Shown piece by piece: positions 27,731 to 38,195 of a stretch of DNA of 56,714 bases. The translations under genes and the position numbers were made by a program. Every line of letters starts with the position of its first letter. Within the stretch, counting starts at the first letter, position 1. The notes under the pieces are model-generated. The model was given only the letters and a program-made list of their open reading frames with translations, did not search any database and was not told the DNA's origin. Origin of the DNA: a virus (Duplodnaviria > Caudoviricetes); IMG/VR virus record IMGVR_UViG_3300045741_000168, positions 1 through 56,714 of that record; one strand, given 5' to 3'.

Positions 27731-29516
27731 TTTTGCCCCCTATTCCGATGAGGAGGTAAGCAACTATGTCGAGCAAAATAGGGATGCGTGGAATAAGCTT
27801 GGCTATCCAGACAGCTATATAAACAATTACTTCGGTGTTCAGGAGCCGAGTGTATTTGCTGCCAATGGCAAGTTTGCAAGAGTTCTGCATCATGTTGCTA
27901 ATGCTCTTACACCAACCAAAGAGGGAATAGAAAATGCGAAGCAGACAGCATCGAATATCGGAGAGGATGTGATTGGTGGCATAGAAACAGGATTAAACGC
28001 TGTCACGTCACTCACAGCGGCCCCAGCAGCATTGATCGGTTCCGGTCTAGGTGGCTTGGCGTATAAGGCAATGACCGGTGGTGATTACTCGCTGGAGGAA
28101 GTTTCTGACCTTGCCAAGGCATATTCCAAGCTAGTGACTTATGAGCCTCAGACAGAAATGGGGCAAAGAGGCGCTGAGAATTTTCAAGCGCCGTTTAACG
28201 CATTGAGTGAAGTAGCAACCAAGGCTGGACAAAAAAGTACAGACATTGCAACCAAAGCCGGATTAGGAACTGATACAGCATCTGCTGTTGGAGCAACAGT
28301 TGAGTCAACCCTGAACGTTCTTCCGTGGGTCGTGGGAGCCAAGGCTGGCGATATAGGCTTTGCCGCTGCTAAAGCGTTGCGAGGTGAGGCAGTAACTAAG
28401 CTTACTGATCCGGCTCCTACGAACAGAGATATTCATAACGTAGCCACAGTAATTGCTGCTGGTAAGAGGCCTACTGCGCCAGTGACAGAGGACTTCACAG
28501 AGCCAGCAACAAGGCAGCACGAGGAAGGTACTTCGTTAGCATCACCGGTGCCTAGAGTGTTTGGTGCGAAGCCAGCTCCAATACCAGTAGTTGGTGGTGC
28601 TACGGTTAAGGTCGGCGCTCCATCAAATGATGATGTCCTGGCTGTCGAGAAAAGTCTCAAGGCCATTTATTCTGAAACAGGCATAGGACCATTCTCTGTA
28701 GCTGAAGCTGCAAAGGTTGATTCCAATGTCAGAGCAGACTTGCTCGATCCGAATAAAGACATACCGGATGCGTTTCAGCCGCTGATTCCTGAAAAGCCAA
28801 ATGAAGCAGCAGAGCCTCCTATTCCGCAGATTGATTTATCGACTTCGGAGCAGAAGATCGCTGATGAAGTCAGCCAACAAGCCGTTGATGCTGGATACAC
28901 ACCGGAACAGGCGCATCAATACGGCCAACTTTATGCAGCTAGATATGCGGCAAGGGGCGAGAGGCTAGGAATCGATCCGTATGAGGCTTATAAAGGTGGC
29001 CCAGAGCAAACAGTAAAAGAAGTAGTCGAGGAAAATAAGAGTCTTGCTTCCTCTTTTGCAGATAGGCCACAAGAGATGATTAGATCATCAGGGCATGCGT
29101 GGCTGGAAGAACTTGTTGCTGATGCGGCACGAGAAGGTGTCGATCCTCAACTCAAGACTGATCTGCAAACTGTCAGGGACTATCTTGGAAATAAAGGAGA
29201 AGAATTCACCACTGAGCAACACGAGAAGTTTGCAAGGACAGCAGAGGCTTATTTCATGGAAGGTAAAGCCCCGACTTCCAAGCTCCGTGCCGTGTTCGAT
29301 AACTTCAAGGCTTGGCTCACACACATTTATCAGAGCGTTCTTGATCTGAATGTTCCGATCAATAATGAGATTCGTGGCGCGTTCGACAGAATGCTTGGCA
29401 CTGACAAAGAACTTTCTGCACCGGCTGAGATTGGGCCTGAAGCTAAACAGGCGCTAATAGATATGCGTAAGCGTAATTCTGTACTTGAGTCGTTACTGGA
29501 TTGTCTGGCAGCATGA
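27723..29516 (+). CDS. Internal virion protein with polyvalent-protein-like C-terminal domain
   Basis: EQHEKFARTAEAYFMEGKAP...FDNFKAWLTHIY; likely start MNNFAP at 27723. Confidence 0.65.
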   Translation: MNNFAPYSDEEVSNYVEQNRDAWNKLGYPDSYINNYFGVQEPSVFAANGKFARVLHHVANALTPTKEGIENAKQTASNIGEDVIGGIETGLNAVTSLTAAPAALIGSGLGGLAYKAMTGGDYSLEEVSDLAKAYSKLVTYEPQTEMGQRGAENFQAPFNALSEVATKAGQKSTDIATKAGLGTDTASAVGATVESTLNVLPWVVGAKAGDIGFAAAKALRGEAVTKLTDPAPTNRDIHNVATVIAAGKRPTAPVTEDFTEPATRQHEEGTSLASPVPRVFGAKPAPIPVVGGATVKVGAPSNDDVLAVEKSLKAIYSETGIGPFSVAEAAKVDSNVRADLLDPNKDIPDAFQPLIPEKPNEAAEPPIPQIDLSTSEQKIADEVSQQAVDAGYTPEQAHQYGQLYAARYAARGERLGIDPYEAYKGGPEQTVKEVVEENKSLASSFADRPQEMIRSSGHAWLEELVADAAREGVDPQLKTDLQTVRDYLGNKGEEFTTEQHEKFARTAEAYFMEGKAPTSKLRAVFDNFKAWLTHIYQSVLDLNVPINNEIRGAFDRMLGTDKELSAPAEIGPEAKQALIDMRKRNSVLESLLDCLAA

Positions 29517-29851
29517 GTGAAATAGCCATCGAAGATATTCTCGTAGAAATCAGTGGCGCACTGAGTGATATCTTGGTTGCCATTGAAAAGCCGTCTGATG
29601 ACAAGGAAATGGCCGCTTCGTTGTTGATTGGTCTGAGAGAACTCGTCGATGCTAAACAGGCCAAGCCACCAGAGGTGAATGTTACTGTTCAGCCGACTCC
29701 GATAACTATCGAGCCGACACCAATTACTGTTCAGCCATCAAGCGTGATTATTTCAGAGCCACAAGATAATCAGATAAAGAACTGGAAGTTAGTAGTATCT
29801 TCCAGGGATGGTAATGGATACATAAGAGAAGTTACTCTGAAGGCAGAATAG
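29513..29851 (+). CDS. Hypothetical protein
   Basis: ATGA-coupled; PPEVNVTVQP...RDGNGYI. Confidence 0.6.
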   Translation: MSEIAIEDILVEISGALSDILVAIEKPSDDKEMAASLLIGLRELVDAKQAKPPEVNVTVQPTPITIEPTPITVQPSSVIISEPQDNQIKNWKLVVSSRDGNGYIREVTLKAE

Positions 29852-29852
29852 C

Positions 29853-32800
29853 GTGGCAATTAGTCACATCAAGTCGAACATCATCCCGGACTTTACCGGG
29901 ACTGTGACTGTATTCGACCAGTCAACAGGGACCTTGACCAAGGCAGCTAGTGATCTGGTTCGCCCAAGTGACTGGAACAGTGTCCATAACGAGTACATGA
30001 CTATCAGTGGCAACACTGCTGGTGCATCTACTCTGAGCGGATCGAACTTGGTATTCCAGGGCGGCAACAACGTCACGTTGAGCGCCAATGGGCAGACGCT
30101 CATATTCAGTGCCGGGGCTGGTGGGGGCGGTGGCGTCGGAATATCTGCCGGCACACAATCCGTCAGCACAGGAACGGTCGTATTCTCGAACAGCAACGGT
30201 ATCAGCTTCGGGATGTCTGGATCGAATACCGTAACTGCCAGTTACACGGTTCCAGCAGATCAGACCGGGATCAGTGGTATTCAGGTGTCTGATACAACTT
30301 ACACCAGCGGAACAATAACATTCCAGAACGCCAATGGCATCAGTTTCGGTAGCAGCGGGGCCAACGGAATCAGCGCCAGCTACACAGTACCTGCCCAGAG
30401 CACTCAGCCGGTAGCCGCCAGTGCCAGCAATGGTTCGTTTGCTTTCAGCACGTTGAATTTCAGCAACGCGAACAACGTCACATTCGGTACCAGTGCCGGT
30501 GGAATCATTACTGCTTCTGTAGCTGCTGGGGGCGGTGGCGCTGTTGTCAGTAACGCCATCCAGTCAGTAGGAAGCGCAACTGGGTCAGGAACAAACACAA
30601 GCAGATTTGCCGCCGACGATCACGTTCATGCTGGGGTGTTCAGCATGGGGGTCAGTACGGCGGGTAATACCCTGAACAATACCCGTGTCGATGTAGGCCA
30701 GTTCGTCTTGCAGGGCGGAAACAACGTAACACTGAGTCAGATCACAGCAGCCGGAGGACTCAACACGATTGTGTTCTCAGGCCCGAATGCTGGAGGAGCG
30801 CAAACAGGGATTAGCGGGATTGTCGTATCAGATACTACTTACACGAGCGGTACTGTAAGTTTCTCCAACGCAGGGAACATTACCATTAGTTCTAGCGTAA
30901 ACGGTGCAACCCAGTACATCAAACTTAGTGGCAACGCGGCCCAGACCAACCAGAGCGCGATCAAGGCTTTCGGTGTAAGCAACACTGGGCAAACGGCAGG
31001 AAATACTGGTGTATCTACCGGAGTGGATTGGGTGCTGGCCGGGTCCGGCAGCATCACGCTTTCTCAGAGTACGGCAGGCGGTGGGCCTAATACTGTATGG
31101 ATACAACATCCAGCATGGCTTACGACTGCGATGCAGAGCAATGCTGCGACGATCAGCAATATCAATATCAGCGCTGGGACGACCTCTACCAATGCTTCTG
31201 CGTTCACGTTCTCGAATAGCAACGGTCTAAGTTTCGGGCTTGGTACAGGAGCTAACGTTGGTGTCGTTACCGCCAGCTACAACAGCACTCAGTTTGCCGG
31301 AACTGGCACATCGATTACCGGTGGCGCGTCTATAACACTAGACAGTGCTGGCATCAAGTTCAACGGAACCGCTCTAGCAGGGACTGGCACTACATTCGCT
31401 GGTGCGAACATCAGTGGTTCGATAACCCAAAATACTGCCGGTATAAATCTGTCATTGTCGGCAGCGGCTACTGTTGCACAGACAAACCAGACGGTTGGGA
31501 TCTATGGTTCTTCTCAGACAACTGGTTCGGCTTCATCTGGCACTCACGATGCGCGATCTATGTCGTTCATTGGTGCTGGCATCATTTCAATTGGTAACCA
31601 TTCGACTTCTGCTGGTGGTACTACTACCGGCATCATCATTTCGGCGACTCAGAGCAATCAAGCTTTCAGTGCTGGGGCTGCTTCGAGTGCGTTCCAAACT
31701 CTAGTATTCCAAGACTCTCAGAACATCAGTTGGAGCAACAACGCTGGATCAGTTCGGATCACGCATAACCTGGCTGGAACGTCGACCGGATTTACCGGGG
31801 CCAATATATCCGGCTCGATGACACATGACAGTTCTGGTCTTGCGTTGTCATTATCTGTTGCCGCCCCTGGCGCTGCCGCTGAAAACAACTGGATGAACCT
31901 GCTCGGAGCAAATACGGCAGGAAACACGACGGCATCTGGTTCTACCATAGGGCTATCAGGCGTCAACATGACCCTGAGTGGCACGAATAACTCACAGATC
32001 GTGTTCAGTGTTCCAGCTACATCGTCGCTTGTTGGGGTGAACGGTATTAGCATCTCGACCAGCGGCAGCACTATCAGTGTCCAGAACATTATGCAGTCGT
32101 ACTATGAGCCAAGTATGCGCGGCTCAGTTGCTGCACAGCTTAACTCGAATGGAACGGTGTATTTCCAACCATTCAATCTGTATGTTCCGCTGTCAATGTA
32201 TCGGATGCAACTGTTTCAAAGCGTTAGCGGTCAATCTGCTACGACAGCATCTTATTCAGGTTCAGTATCCAGTCAAACCAGCACGGCAGGCAACCAGACA
32301 TGGGGCCAGACGGGTACGGTATTGTTGTTTAGCCGTGTATCTACAGGAACGAATGCCAACAGCAGTAGGATACTCAGCTTCTTCAGCCAGAGTTATTCAC
32401 ATTCTGTCGGCATCAGTGAGTCAATTAGCTGGTCTACCAATGCAAGCTCTGCTACTGTATCTGGAACAACCACAGGGCAGTGCGGATATAACTCACAGAT
32501 AGACAGTGCAGGTGGCTTGACCACCAGTAGCTTCAGCACCAGTGGCAGTTGGTCATTCTCAACCACCAGCACGAACCAAAATAGCTTTAGTTCATCTACT
32601 GTTGTTACGTTCTTGTCAGGGATGATGTCTGGTCCAAGACCAATTATTATTCCATTCGCAACATCACTTTCACCAGGTGAATACTGGCTTGCCAATATAC
32701 AATCGAGCAACTCAAACACTACCGGATATAATCATAGCCGTGTTGTCAATATTCAGCAACAGATGGTAGGGGCGAATTTTATAACGAATCAGTATATTGA

Positions 32801-32957
32801 AATTGGGAATAGTGCAGTAGTAAATTCTTCTAATTACATACCTGGATGGGGCAGCTACAGCGCCAGTTCGCAGACATCGACGACGATTCCTTTGTCTCAG
32901 ATCTCGCCAAACTCAGGTATGCAGACGTACTTCAACATGATGGCTCAAATCAAGTAA
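29853..32957 (+). CDS. Large Ser/Thr/Gly-rich repetitive protein, putative fibre or virion surface protein
   Basis: 1034 aa; recurring FSNxNGISFG and QGGNNVTLS units; few charged residues. Confidence 0.7.
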   Translation: MAISHIKSNIIPDFTGTVTVFDQSTGTLTKAASDLVRPSDWNSVHNEYMTISGNTAGASTLSGSNLVFQGGNNVTLSANGQTLIFSAGAGGGGGVGISAGTQSVSTGTVVFSNSNGISFGMSGSNTVTASYTVPADQTGISGIQVSDTTYTSGTITFQNANGISFGSSGANGISASYTVPAQSTQPVAASASNGSFAFSTLNFSNANNVTFGTSAGGIITASVAAGGGGAVVSNAIQSVGSATGSGTNTSRFAADDHVHAGVFSMGVSTAGNTLNNTRVDVGQFVLQGGNNVTLSQITAAGGLNTIVFSGPNAGGAQTGISGIVVSDTTYTSGTVSFSNAGNITISSSVNGATQYIKLSGNAAQTNQSAIKAFGVSNTGQTAGNTGVSTGVDWVLAGSGSITLSQSTAGGGPNTVWIQHPAWLTTAMQSNAATISNINISAGTTSTNASAFTFSNSNGLSFGLGTGANVGVVTASYNSTQFAGTGTSITGGASITLDSAGIKFNGTALAGTGTTFAGANISGSITQNTAGINLSLSAAATVAQTNQTVGIYGSSQTTGSASSGTHDARSMSFIGAGIISIGNHSTSAGGTTTGIIISATQSNQAFSAGAASSAFQTLVFQDSQNISWSNNAGSVRITHNLAGTSTGFTGANISGSMTHDSSGLALSLSVAAPGAAAENNWMNLLGANTAGNTTASGSTIGLSGVNMTLSGTNNSQIVFSVPATSSLVGVNGISISTSGSTISVQNIMQSYYEPSMRGSVAAQLNSNGTVYFQPFNLYVPLSMYRMQLFQSVSGQSATTASYSGSVSSQTSTAGNQTWGQTGTVLLFSRVSTGTNANSSRILSFFSQSYSHSVGISESISWSTNASSATVSGTTTGQCGYNSQIDSAGGLTTSSFSTSGSWSFSTTSTNQNSFSSSTVVTFLSGMMSGPRPIIIPFATSLSPGEYWLANIQSSNSNTTGYNHSRVVNIQQQMVGANFITNQYIEIGNSAVVNSSNYIPGWGSYSASSQTSTTIPLSQISPNSGMQTYFNMMAQIK

Positions 32958-33307
32958 TGACAATACTCGCTACTGTTGCATCACAGTCCTATAGCCCGCA
33001 GGCGCTGACTGTGGCGTTCACTCCCGCCAATGTAGCTGGAGCGACGCAGGTACGCATCACTCTCACGCGACCGGAATGGCCGTCCGGGGACTGTGTGACT
33101 TATGAGGTACTTTGGGATAGCATATCCAGCGGGATTTGTACTATCGGCGGCGGTGTGCGTGCCGATAAAGGCGGAGGCAATATCCCATCGGCAAATCTTC
33201 AAGACACGAGTTGGACTTGTGATATTCCGCCTGGATTCTCATCGGCTACTGCGCGAATCACAGTGCTCCAGACACTGACCACATCACTATTGGTCGAGGG
33301 CCTTTGA
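32957..33307 (+). CDS. Hypothetical beta-rich protein
   Basis: TAATG coupling, start MTILAT. Confidence 0.6.
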   Translation: MTILATVASQSYSPQALTVAFTPANVAGATQVRITLTRPEWPSGDCVTYEVLWDSISSGICTIGGGVRADKGGGNIPSANLQDTSWTCDIPPGFSSATARITVLQTLTTSLLVEGL

Positions 33308-33308
33308 C

Positions 33309-33989
33309 ATGGCTCTGACGTATACCAGTTACAAAGATAACGCAGTACATCCGACGACAAATGGTGGAGTTACAACTACATCACACACATATACGTCGGG
33401 TAATCTAGTCACAGTTTGTTATGTTACTGCCGACGGTAATAGCGGTGGCACAACCAGCATATCGAATTCCGGGACGGCGCAAAGTTGGACAAAGCAAAAA
33501 GAAAATGCGACTATAGACGGCACTAATTGCATAGTCACATTGTGGTCTTGCGTGATGAGTGTTACGCAAGCGATGACCATAACTTGTCAGTTATCGGCAT
33601 CGAGTGCGAGCGTTTGCGCATTTGTTATAGAACATTCTGGGCAACATTCTACAACTCCAATACCTGCTGGAAACATATTCCACGGAATTGGTGGGCACAA
33701 TGTAACTCAGAGCATTACCCCTACATCTTCTGGGTCATGCCTTTGGTTCTTTTGCGGTGATTGGTCCGCTACAAATTCGTTCACTCAAATTGCAAACTGC
33801 TCTCAAGAGCAATTAGTCCCTGGTGATGGCACTGATTACAGCACAGAACTTGTCAGACCAACGACGCAGCCAAGAACCGACGCCAATGCTTTCACCATCG
33901 GTGAGAACGAGACCGGTGGTAAGATAGCCTGGATTGCCTTCGAGGTGCAGGCGGCTCCGGCAACAACAATAGCATGGTTGAAAGCATGA
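33309..33989 (+). CDS. Hypothetical Thr/Ser-rich protein
   Basis: Tightly packed ORF in the operon. Confidence 0.65.
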   Translation: MALTYTSYKDNAVHPTTNGGVTTTSHTYTSGNLVTVCYVTADGNSGGTTSISNSGTAQSWTKQKENATIDGTNCIVTLWSCVMSVTQAMTITCQLSASSASVCAFVIEHSGQHSTTPIPAGNIFHGIGGHNVTQSITPTSSGSCLWFFCGDWSATNSFTQIANCSQEQLVPGDGTDYSTELVRPTTQPRTDANAFTIGENETGGKIAWIAFEVQAAPATTIAWLKA

Positions 33990-34711
33990 GACCGCAATTC
34001 ATTGCGCCAGATATTGGCAAGCACAACGCAAATTTGGAAGATACTATTGCTCGTGTCAAGGATTCTGCTGCCTGGAAGAAACTGGACACGATTATTCTGA
34101 TACCTGCTGCTGGAACTATCCCGACGAAAGTAGTTGCATCCTGGTGGAATATGTATGCACCACCGAACAATGGCCTGTACCGTATATTCGCCGTAGGTAT
34201 GGAAGTCGGAGAGGCATATTCACAGGCAATAGAGGGAATACTTGCCAACGAGACACTTTCCAAATTCCCATACATATTGACGATGGAGCATGACAATATA
34301 CCTCCGCCAGATGGGTTGGTAAAGTTGCTTCAGAGAATGGAACAGCACCCAGAATATGACTGCATCGGGGGCCTTTATTTTACCAAGGGCGAGTGTGGAG
34401 TACCACAAATCTGGGGTGATCCCAGAGATGTGACGACGAATTTTCGGCCACAGCCCCCGAGAATGGGAGAACTCGTCGAATGTTGCGGAACAGGAATGGG
34501 GTTCAATCTGTGGCGCACGGATATGTTCAAGGATGGTGATCTGAGAAGGCCGTGGTTCAAGACACAAACAGAAGGCGGGGTGGCAACCCAGGACTTGTAC
34601 TTCTGGGGTGATGCAAGAAAGCATGGATACAGATGTGCTGTGGACTGTGCTGTGCCAGTTGGTCATTACGACCATCTTGGTCAATTCGGGATTCCCGACT
34701 ACACGTGGTGA
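33986..34711 (+). CDS. GT-A (family 2-like) glycosyltransferase
   Basis: ILTMEHDNIPPPDGL (DxD-like), GTGMGFNLW, QDLYF, VGH. Confidence 0.7.
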   Translation: MRPQFIAPDIGKHNANLEDTIARVKDSAAWKKLDTIILIPAAGTIPTKVVASWWNMYAPPNNGLYRIFAVGMEVGEAYSQAIEGILANETLSKFPYILTMEHDNIPPPDGLVKLLQRMEQHPEYDCIGGLYFTKGECGVPQIWGDPRDVTTNFRPQPPRMGELVECCGTGMGFNLWRTDMFKDGDLRRPWFKTQTEGGVATQDLYFWGDARKHGYRCAVDCAVPVGHYDHLGQFGIPDYTW

Positions 34712-34729
34712 CTTTGATTGGTGAAATAA

Positions 34730-35308
34730 ATGGCAAAAGGTAATGTAGTCAGAGCATATGTTGTTCCGCAAGGGGAGGCGCAACCTGCTCCATTGCTGAA
34801 GCTCGACATTGGTTGTGGCAAGACAACCCCTGAAGGATGGGAAGGCATAGACGCCATCGACTTTGGTCAGAAACACGTCCATGATATTCGTAAAGGGCTG
34901 CCTTGGATCAAGGACAGCACGGTGGATGAGATCCGGTCAAGCCATTTCGTGGAACATCTTGACTGGCCGGAACGAGTCGATCTGTTCAATGAGCTATACC
35001 GAGTGATGAAGCCAAAGGCAACGGCGCAGATCATCACCCCACATTGGAGCCATTCTTGTTTCTACGGCGATCCTACTCACAAGGCACCACTGAGCGAATG
35101 GTATCCGTACTATTTGCTCAAGTCTTGGCGGGATGTGAATGCGCCACATGCCGGTTATATCTGTGACTTCGACCACGTGGTGGCCGGGTCATGGGATCAG
35201 AGTATCGAAGCCAGGAATCCAGAGACAAAAAGTGTCATGATGAACAAGAACATCAATTCCTGGCGCGATCTCATCATCACTTTGACATCACGGAAACCTG
35301 CTGGTTAA
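34730..35308 (+). CDS. Class I SAM-dependent methyltransferase
   Basis: LDIGCG, SSHFVEHL, ELYRVMKP, DPTH. Confidence 0.85.
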   Translation: MAKGNVVRAYVVPQGEAQPAPLLKLDIGCGKTTPEGWEGIDAIDFGQKHVHDIRKGLPWIKDSTVDEIRSSHFVEHLDWPERVDLFNELYRVMKPKATAQIITPHWSHSCFYGDPTHKAPLSEWYPYYLLKSWRDVNAPHAGYICDFDHVVAGSWDQSIEARNPETKSVMMNKNINSWRDLIITLTSRKPAG

Positions 35309-35314
35309 AGAAAT

Positions 35315-35548
35315 GTGTTTCAGCTTGGCGCATTCCAGACAGATGCTTTCCAGCACGGAGCAAATCCTGCTAATACAACGTCATGGCCGTTCCAGTCAGA
35401 TGCGTTCCAGTACGCTGTGGGGTCTTACATCACCAAGCATTACAAGCCGTGGATTGATGGAAAGCGTCCTGAAGATAAGATTCATAAAGACGATGAAGAA
35501 GTTATTGAACTTCTGACATTGTTGTTTGCTTCTGGAAAATTTCACTAA
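35315..35548 (+). CDS. Hypothetical protein with FQxDAFQ repeats
   Basis: TAATG-coupled to the next gene. Confidence 0.55.
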   Translation: MFQLGAFQTDAFQHGANPANTTSWPFQSDAFQYAVGSYITKHYKPWIDGKRPEDKIHKDDEEVIELLTLLFASGKFH

Positions 35549-38193
35549 TGGCATCATTAACTGGCTGCATCAAGAAGGCTCGGGAGTTTCTCCACCCAGA
35601 GGATAAGGCTGCGGTGCTTGCCCATGCTCGTGAACTTCGCAATTCAGGCCTGAGCAATGCAGATGCGGCGCGGCAAGCTGTTTCTGCAAGGATAGAACAC
35701 GCCAAAGGATTGCTGTCTGATCTGGAGGTTCAACCAAGCAGCAAGCCTGTGACAGAAGGGGCTGGAACGCTTGGGGCTGGTATCAATACGGCGGCGATCA
35801 AAGGTGCGCTCACAAGCCCATATACGCCCTACCAAGGGGTTGCTCCGATCAAGACCACTGCGCATCCATTATGGGATTCGTTGCAGAAGGTATTTGCTCC
35901 GGCAAGTCGTGGCCCGATAGCTTCTATTCAAGCGGGGATCATGCGACACAACTGGGGCAAGATTGCTCACGCCCAGGAACTTGCAATAGAGGCTCTGAAA
36001 GAATCTGCTGCTGTGCTTCATAAGATGCCGGTGGCCGAGCAATTGAAGATGGCCGACGCCATCGAGCGTGGCACAAGGCTGACAGACCCGAGGCTTGCTG
36101 CGATAGCGGCTGATCTAAAAGCCAGTCAGGATGCCAAGGTAGCAGAGGTAAGGGCGCTTGGTACAGGTGCTTTGGAGCACGTACAAGAAAATTATCTGAC
36201 GCATCTTTGGCAAAACCCTGAGAAGGCGGTCGGGTTCTTTGGGCGCAGGCCCTTGGAGGGAAGCAAGACCTCGCTTAAGAAGAGAACAATTCCATACATA
36301 TCAGATGGTATGCGGTGGCGCGCATACGATGCAGATGGAGAGTTCGTCAAGAGCTTCGATACTGAGGCGCAAGCCAAGGCCGCTGCTGGTGCTGACGGAA
36401 GGGTTGGTGAGCCACTCAAGTTAGTAACAACTAATCCTGTTGAGCTTGTAATGCTTAACAATCGCATATTGGATAACTTTATTTCCGGGCAGAAAATATT
36501 TCAGGAAATGAAGTCTGTAGGTATAGCCAAGTTCGTTAAATTTTTGGACGATCATCCGGCTGGATGGACAAAGATTAACGACAGTATAGCCCGCGTGCTT
36601 CAAAAGAACGAAGGCGAAGGCGGAGGGATGATCCTGCGTGGTGAGTATTACGCTCCTGACGAGGCTGCTACCTTACTGAACAATCATTTGTCACCAGGAT
36701 TGAGAGGAAACACTTTCTTCGAGAAATGGAGAATGCTTGGCAACATGATGGTTCAGCTAAAAATGGGTTTGTCTGGCTTCCATGCCGGGTTCACCACTTT
36801 CGATGCGATCATCAATAAAGGCGCGCTTGGCTTACAACAGATAAGCCGTGGTGATATAGCAAAAGGTTCTTATAACATCGCGCAGGCATATCTTAACCCT
36901 TTTACACCTATCGCAAATGTATGGCGCGGTGACAGAGTAATTAAAGCATATTTGGGTAAAAACTCTGATCCAGCAATGGCGCCTATTATAGAGGCTATGG
37001 AGAAATCAAATACAGCAATAGGTATGGACCCATTCTACAGAAACCTTGCTGCTAATGCTTTCAAGAACTCTATCAAGGAAGGCAGTTATGGCAAGGCGTC
37101 TGTACAAGTCCTGCCATATGTATTAGACAAGCTAAGTGCCCCGTTATTTGAATGGTTAGTACCAAGACAGAAGCTTGGAGTATTTGCAGAACTTGCCAAG
37201 GATTGGAATTCAGAGAATCCGAATGCCAGTTTAGCAGAGCAACGTAAAGCATATTCAAGAATATCTGATGATATAGATAATCGCATGGGACAGATGCGGT
37301 ACGATAACAGATTCTGGAATCGCGCCTTAAAAGATGGGTTAATGGCTTCCATCCAAGCGCCTGGCTGGTTTGTTGGTACGGAGGAAGTATTCAGGGGTGG
37401 AGTATTAGATATTAAGGATATTCATAAGCTTGGTTCATTATCTAATAGAACTGCCTATTTAATAAATTTGTTTACACTGACAGCATGGACTGGCGCTGTA
37501 TTAACATATTTATACACTGGTGAAGTTCCAAGAGATTTATGGGATTCGTTACATCCTAGAAATGGCAAGACCAATCCAGATGGAACCGAACAGAGATTAT
37601 CGTTGGCTACATATGTAAAAGACTCCGATGCTGTTACCTATGAAGGTGTTGGTAAGTATCTCAAGAACAGAATACATCCTGCTGTAATCGCTCTTATAGA
37701 GGGTTTGCAGAATAAGGACTGGCAAGATGCTGCTATCAGAACACCTAGCGATCCTATCAGTCAACAACTAATAGATGAAGGTAAGGACATAGTCAGCAGA
37801 CTCATCCCGATAGGTATTTCCAAGTACGCAAAAACAGCCAAGGAAGAAGGCAAGGAACCATCATTCTCAGACTTGTCTAGTTATTGGGACTACGCAACTT
37901 CAGGAGCAAATTGGGGATTGGCTGTAGCTCCAGGATATATTCAGAAAAGTCCTGAGCAGCGCGAGAGCAATGAGATATTGGCAAACAAGGATGCCGTGAT
38001 GCAGAAGTATCGGGTTGCTCTCAGAGAGGGTAAGATGGAGCCTGATGAGGCAAGGGCACATATGCTGAAGTTTGGTATCACCACTAGGGAAATACAGTCT
38101 GTAATCAGATCAGCTAACAGACAGCCAGGAACAGGAAAACTCAGAGAGCCTGATCCTGATGCACTAGACGAATTCAATCAGCAAGGACAATAA
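35548..38193 (+). CDS. Large internal virion protein
   Basis: 881 aa, helical; synteny before the tailspike. Confidence 0.65.
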   Translation: MASLTGCIKKAREFLHPEDKAAVLAHARELRNSGLSNADAARQAVSARIEHAKGLLSDLEVQPSSKPVTEGAGTLGAGINTAAIKGALTSPYTPYQGVAPIKTTAHPLWDSLQKVFAPASRGPIASIQAGIMRHNWGKIAHAQELAIEALKESAAVLHKMPVAEQLKMADAIERGTRLTDPRLAAIAADLKASQDAKVAEVRALGTGALEHVQENYLTHLWQNPEKAVGFFGRRPLEGSKTSLKKRTIPYISDGMRWRAYDADGEFVKSFDTEAQAKAAAGADGRVGEPLKLVTTNPVELVMLNNRILDNFISGQKIFQEMKSVGIAKFVKFLDDHPAGWTKINDSIARVLQKNEGEGGGMILRGEYYAPDEAATLLNNHLSPGLRGNTFFEKWRMLGNMMVQLKMGLSGFHAGFTTFDAIINKGALGLQQISRGDIAKGSYNIAQAYLNPFTPIANVWRGDRVIKAYLGKNSDPAMAPIIEAMEKSNTAIGMDPFYRNLAANAFKNSIKEGSYGKASVQVLPYVLDKLSAPLFEWLVPRQKLGVFAELAKDWNSENPNASLAEQRKAYSRISDDIDNRMGQMRYDNRFWNRALKDGLMASIQAPGWFVGTEEVFRGGVLDIKDIHKLGSLSNRTAYLINLFTLTAWTGAVLTYLYTGEVPRDLWDSLHPRNGKTNPDGTEQRLSLATYVKDSDAVTYEGVGKYLKNRIHPAVIALIEGLQNKDWQDAAIRTPSDPISQQLIDEGKDIVSRLIPIGISKYAKTAKEEGKEPSFSDLSSYWDYATSGANWGLAVAPGYIQKSPEQRESNEILANKDAVMQKYRVALREGKMEPDEARAHMLKFGITTREIQSVIRSANRQPGTGKLREPDPDALDEFNQQGQ

Positions 38194-38195
38194 AC

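Noticed and set aside
29864-32719. Many minus-strand ORFs opposite the 1034-aa gene and other virion genes
   Set aside because: Antisense shadows of the coding strand, with no RBS or motifs.
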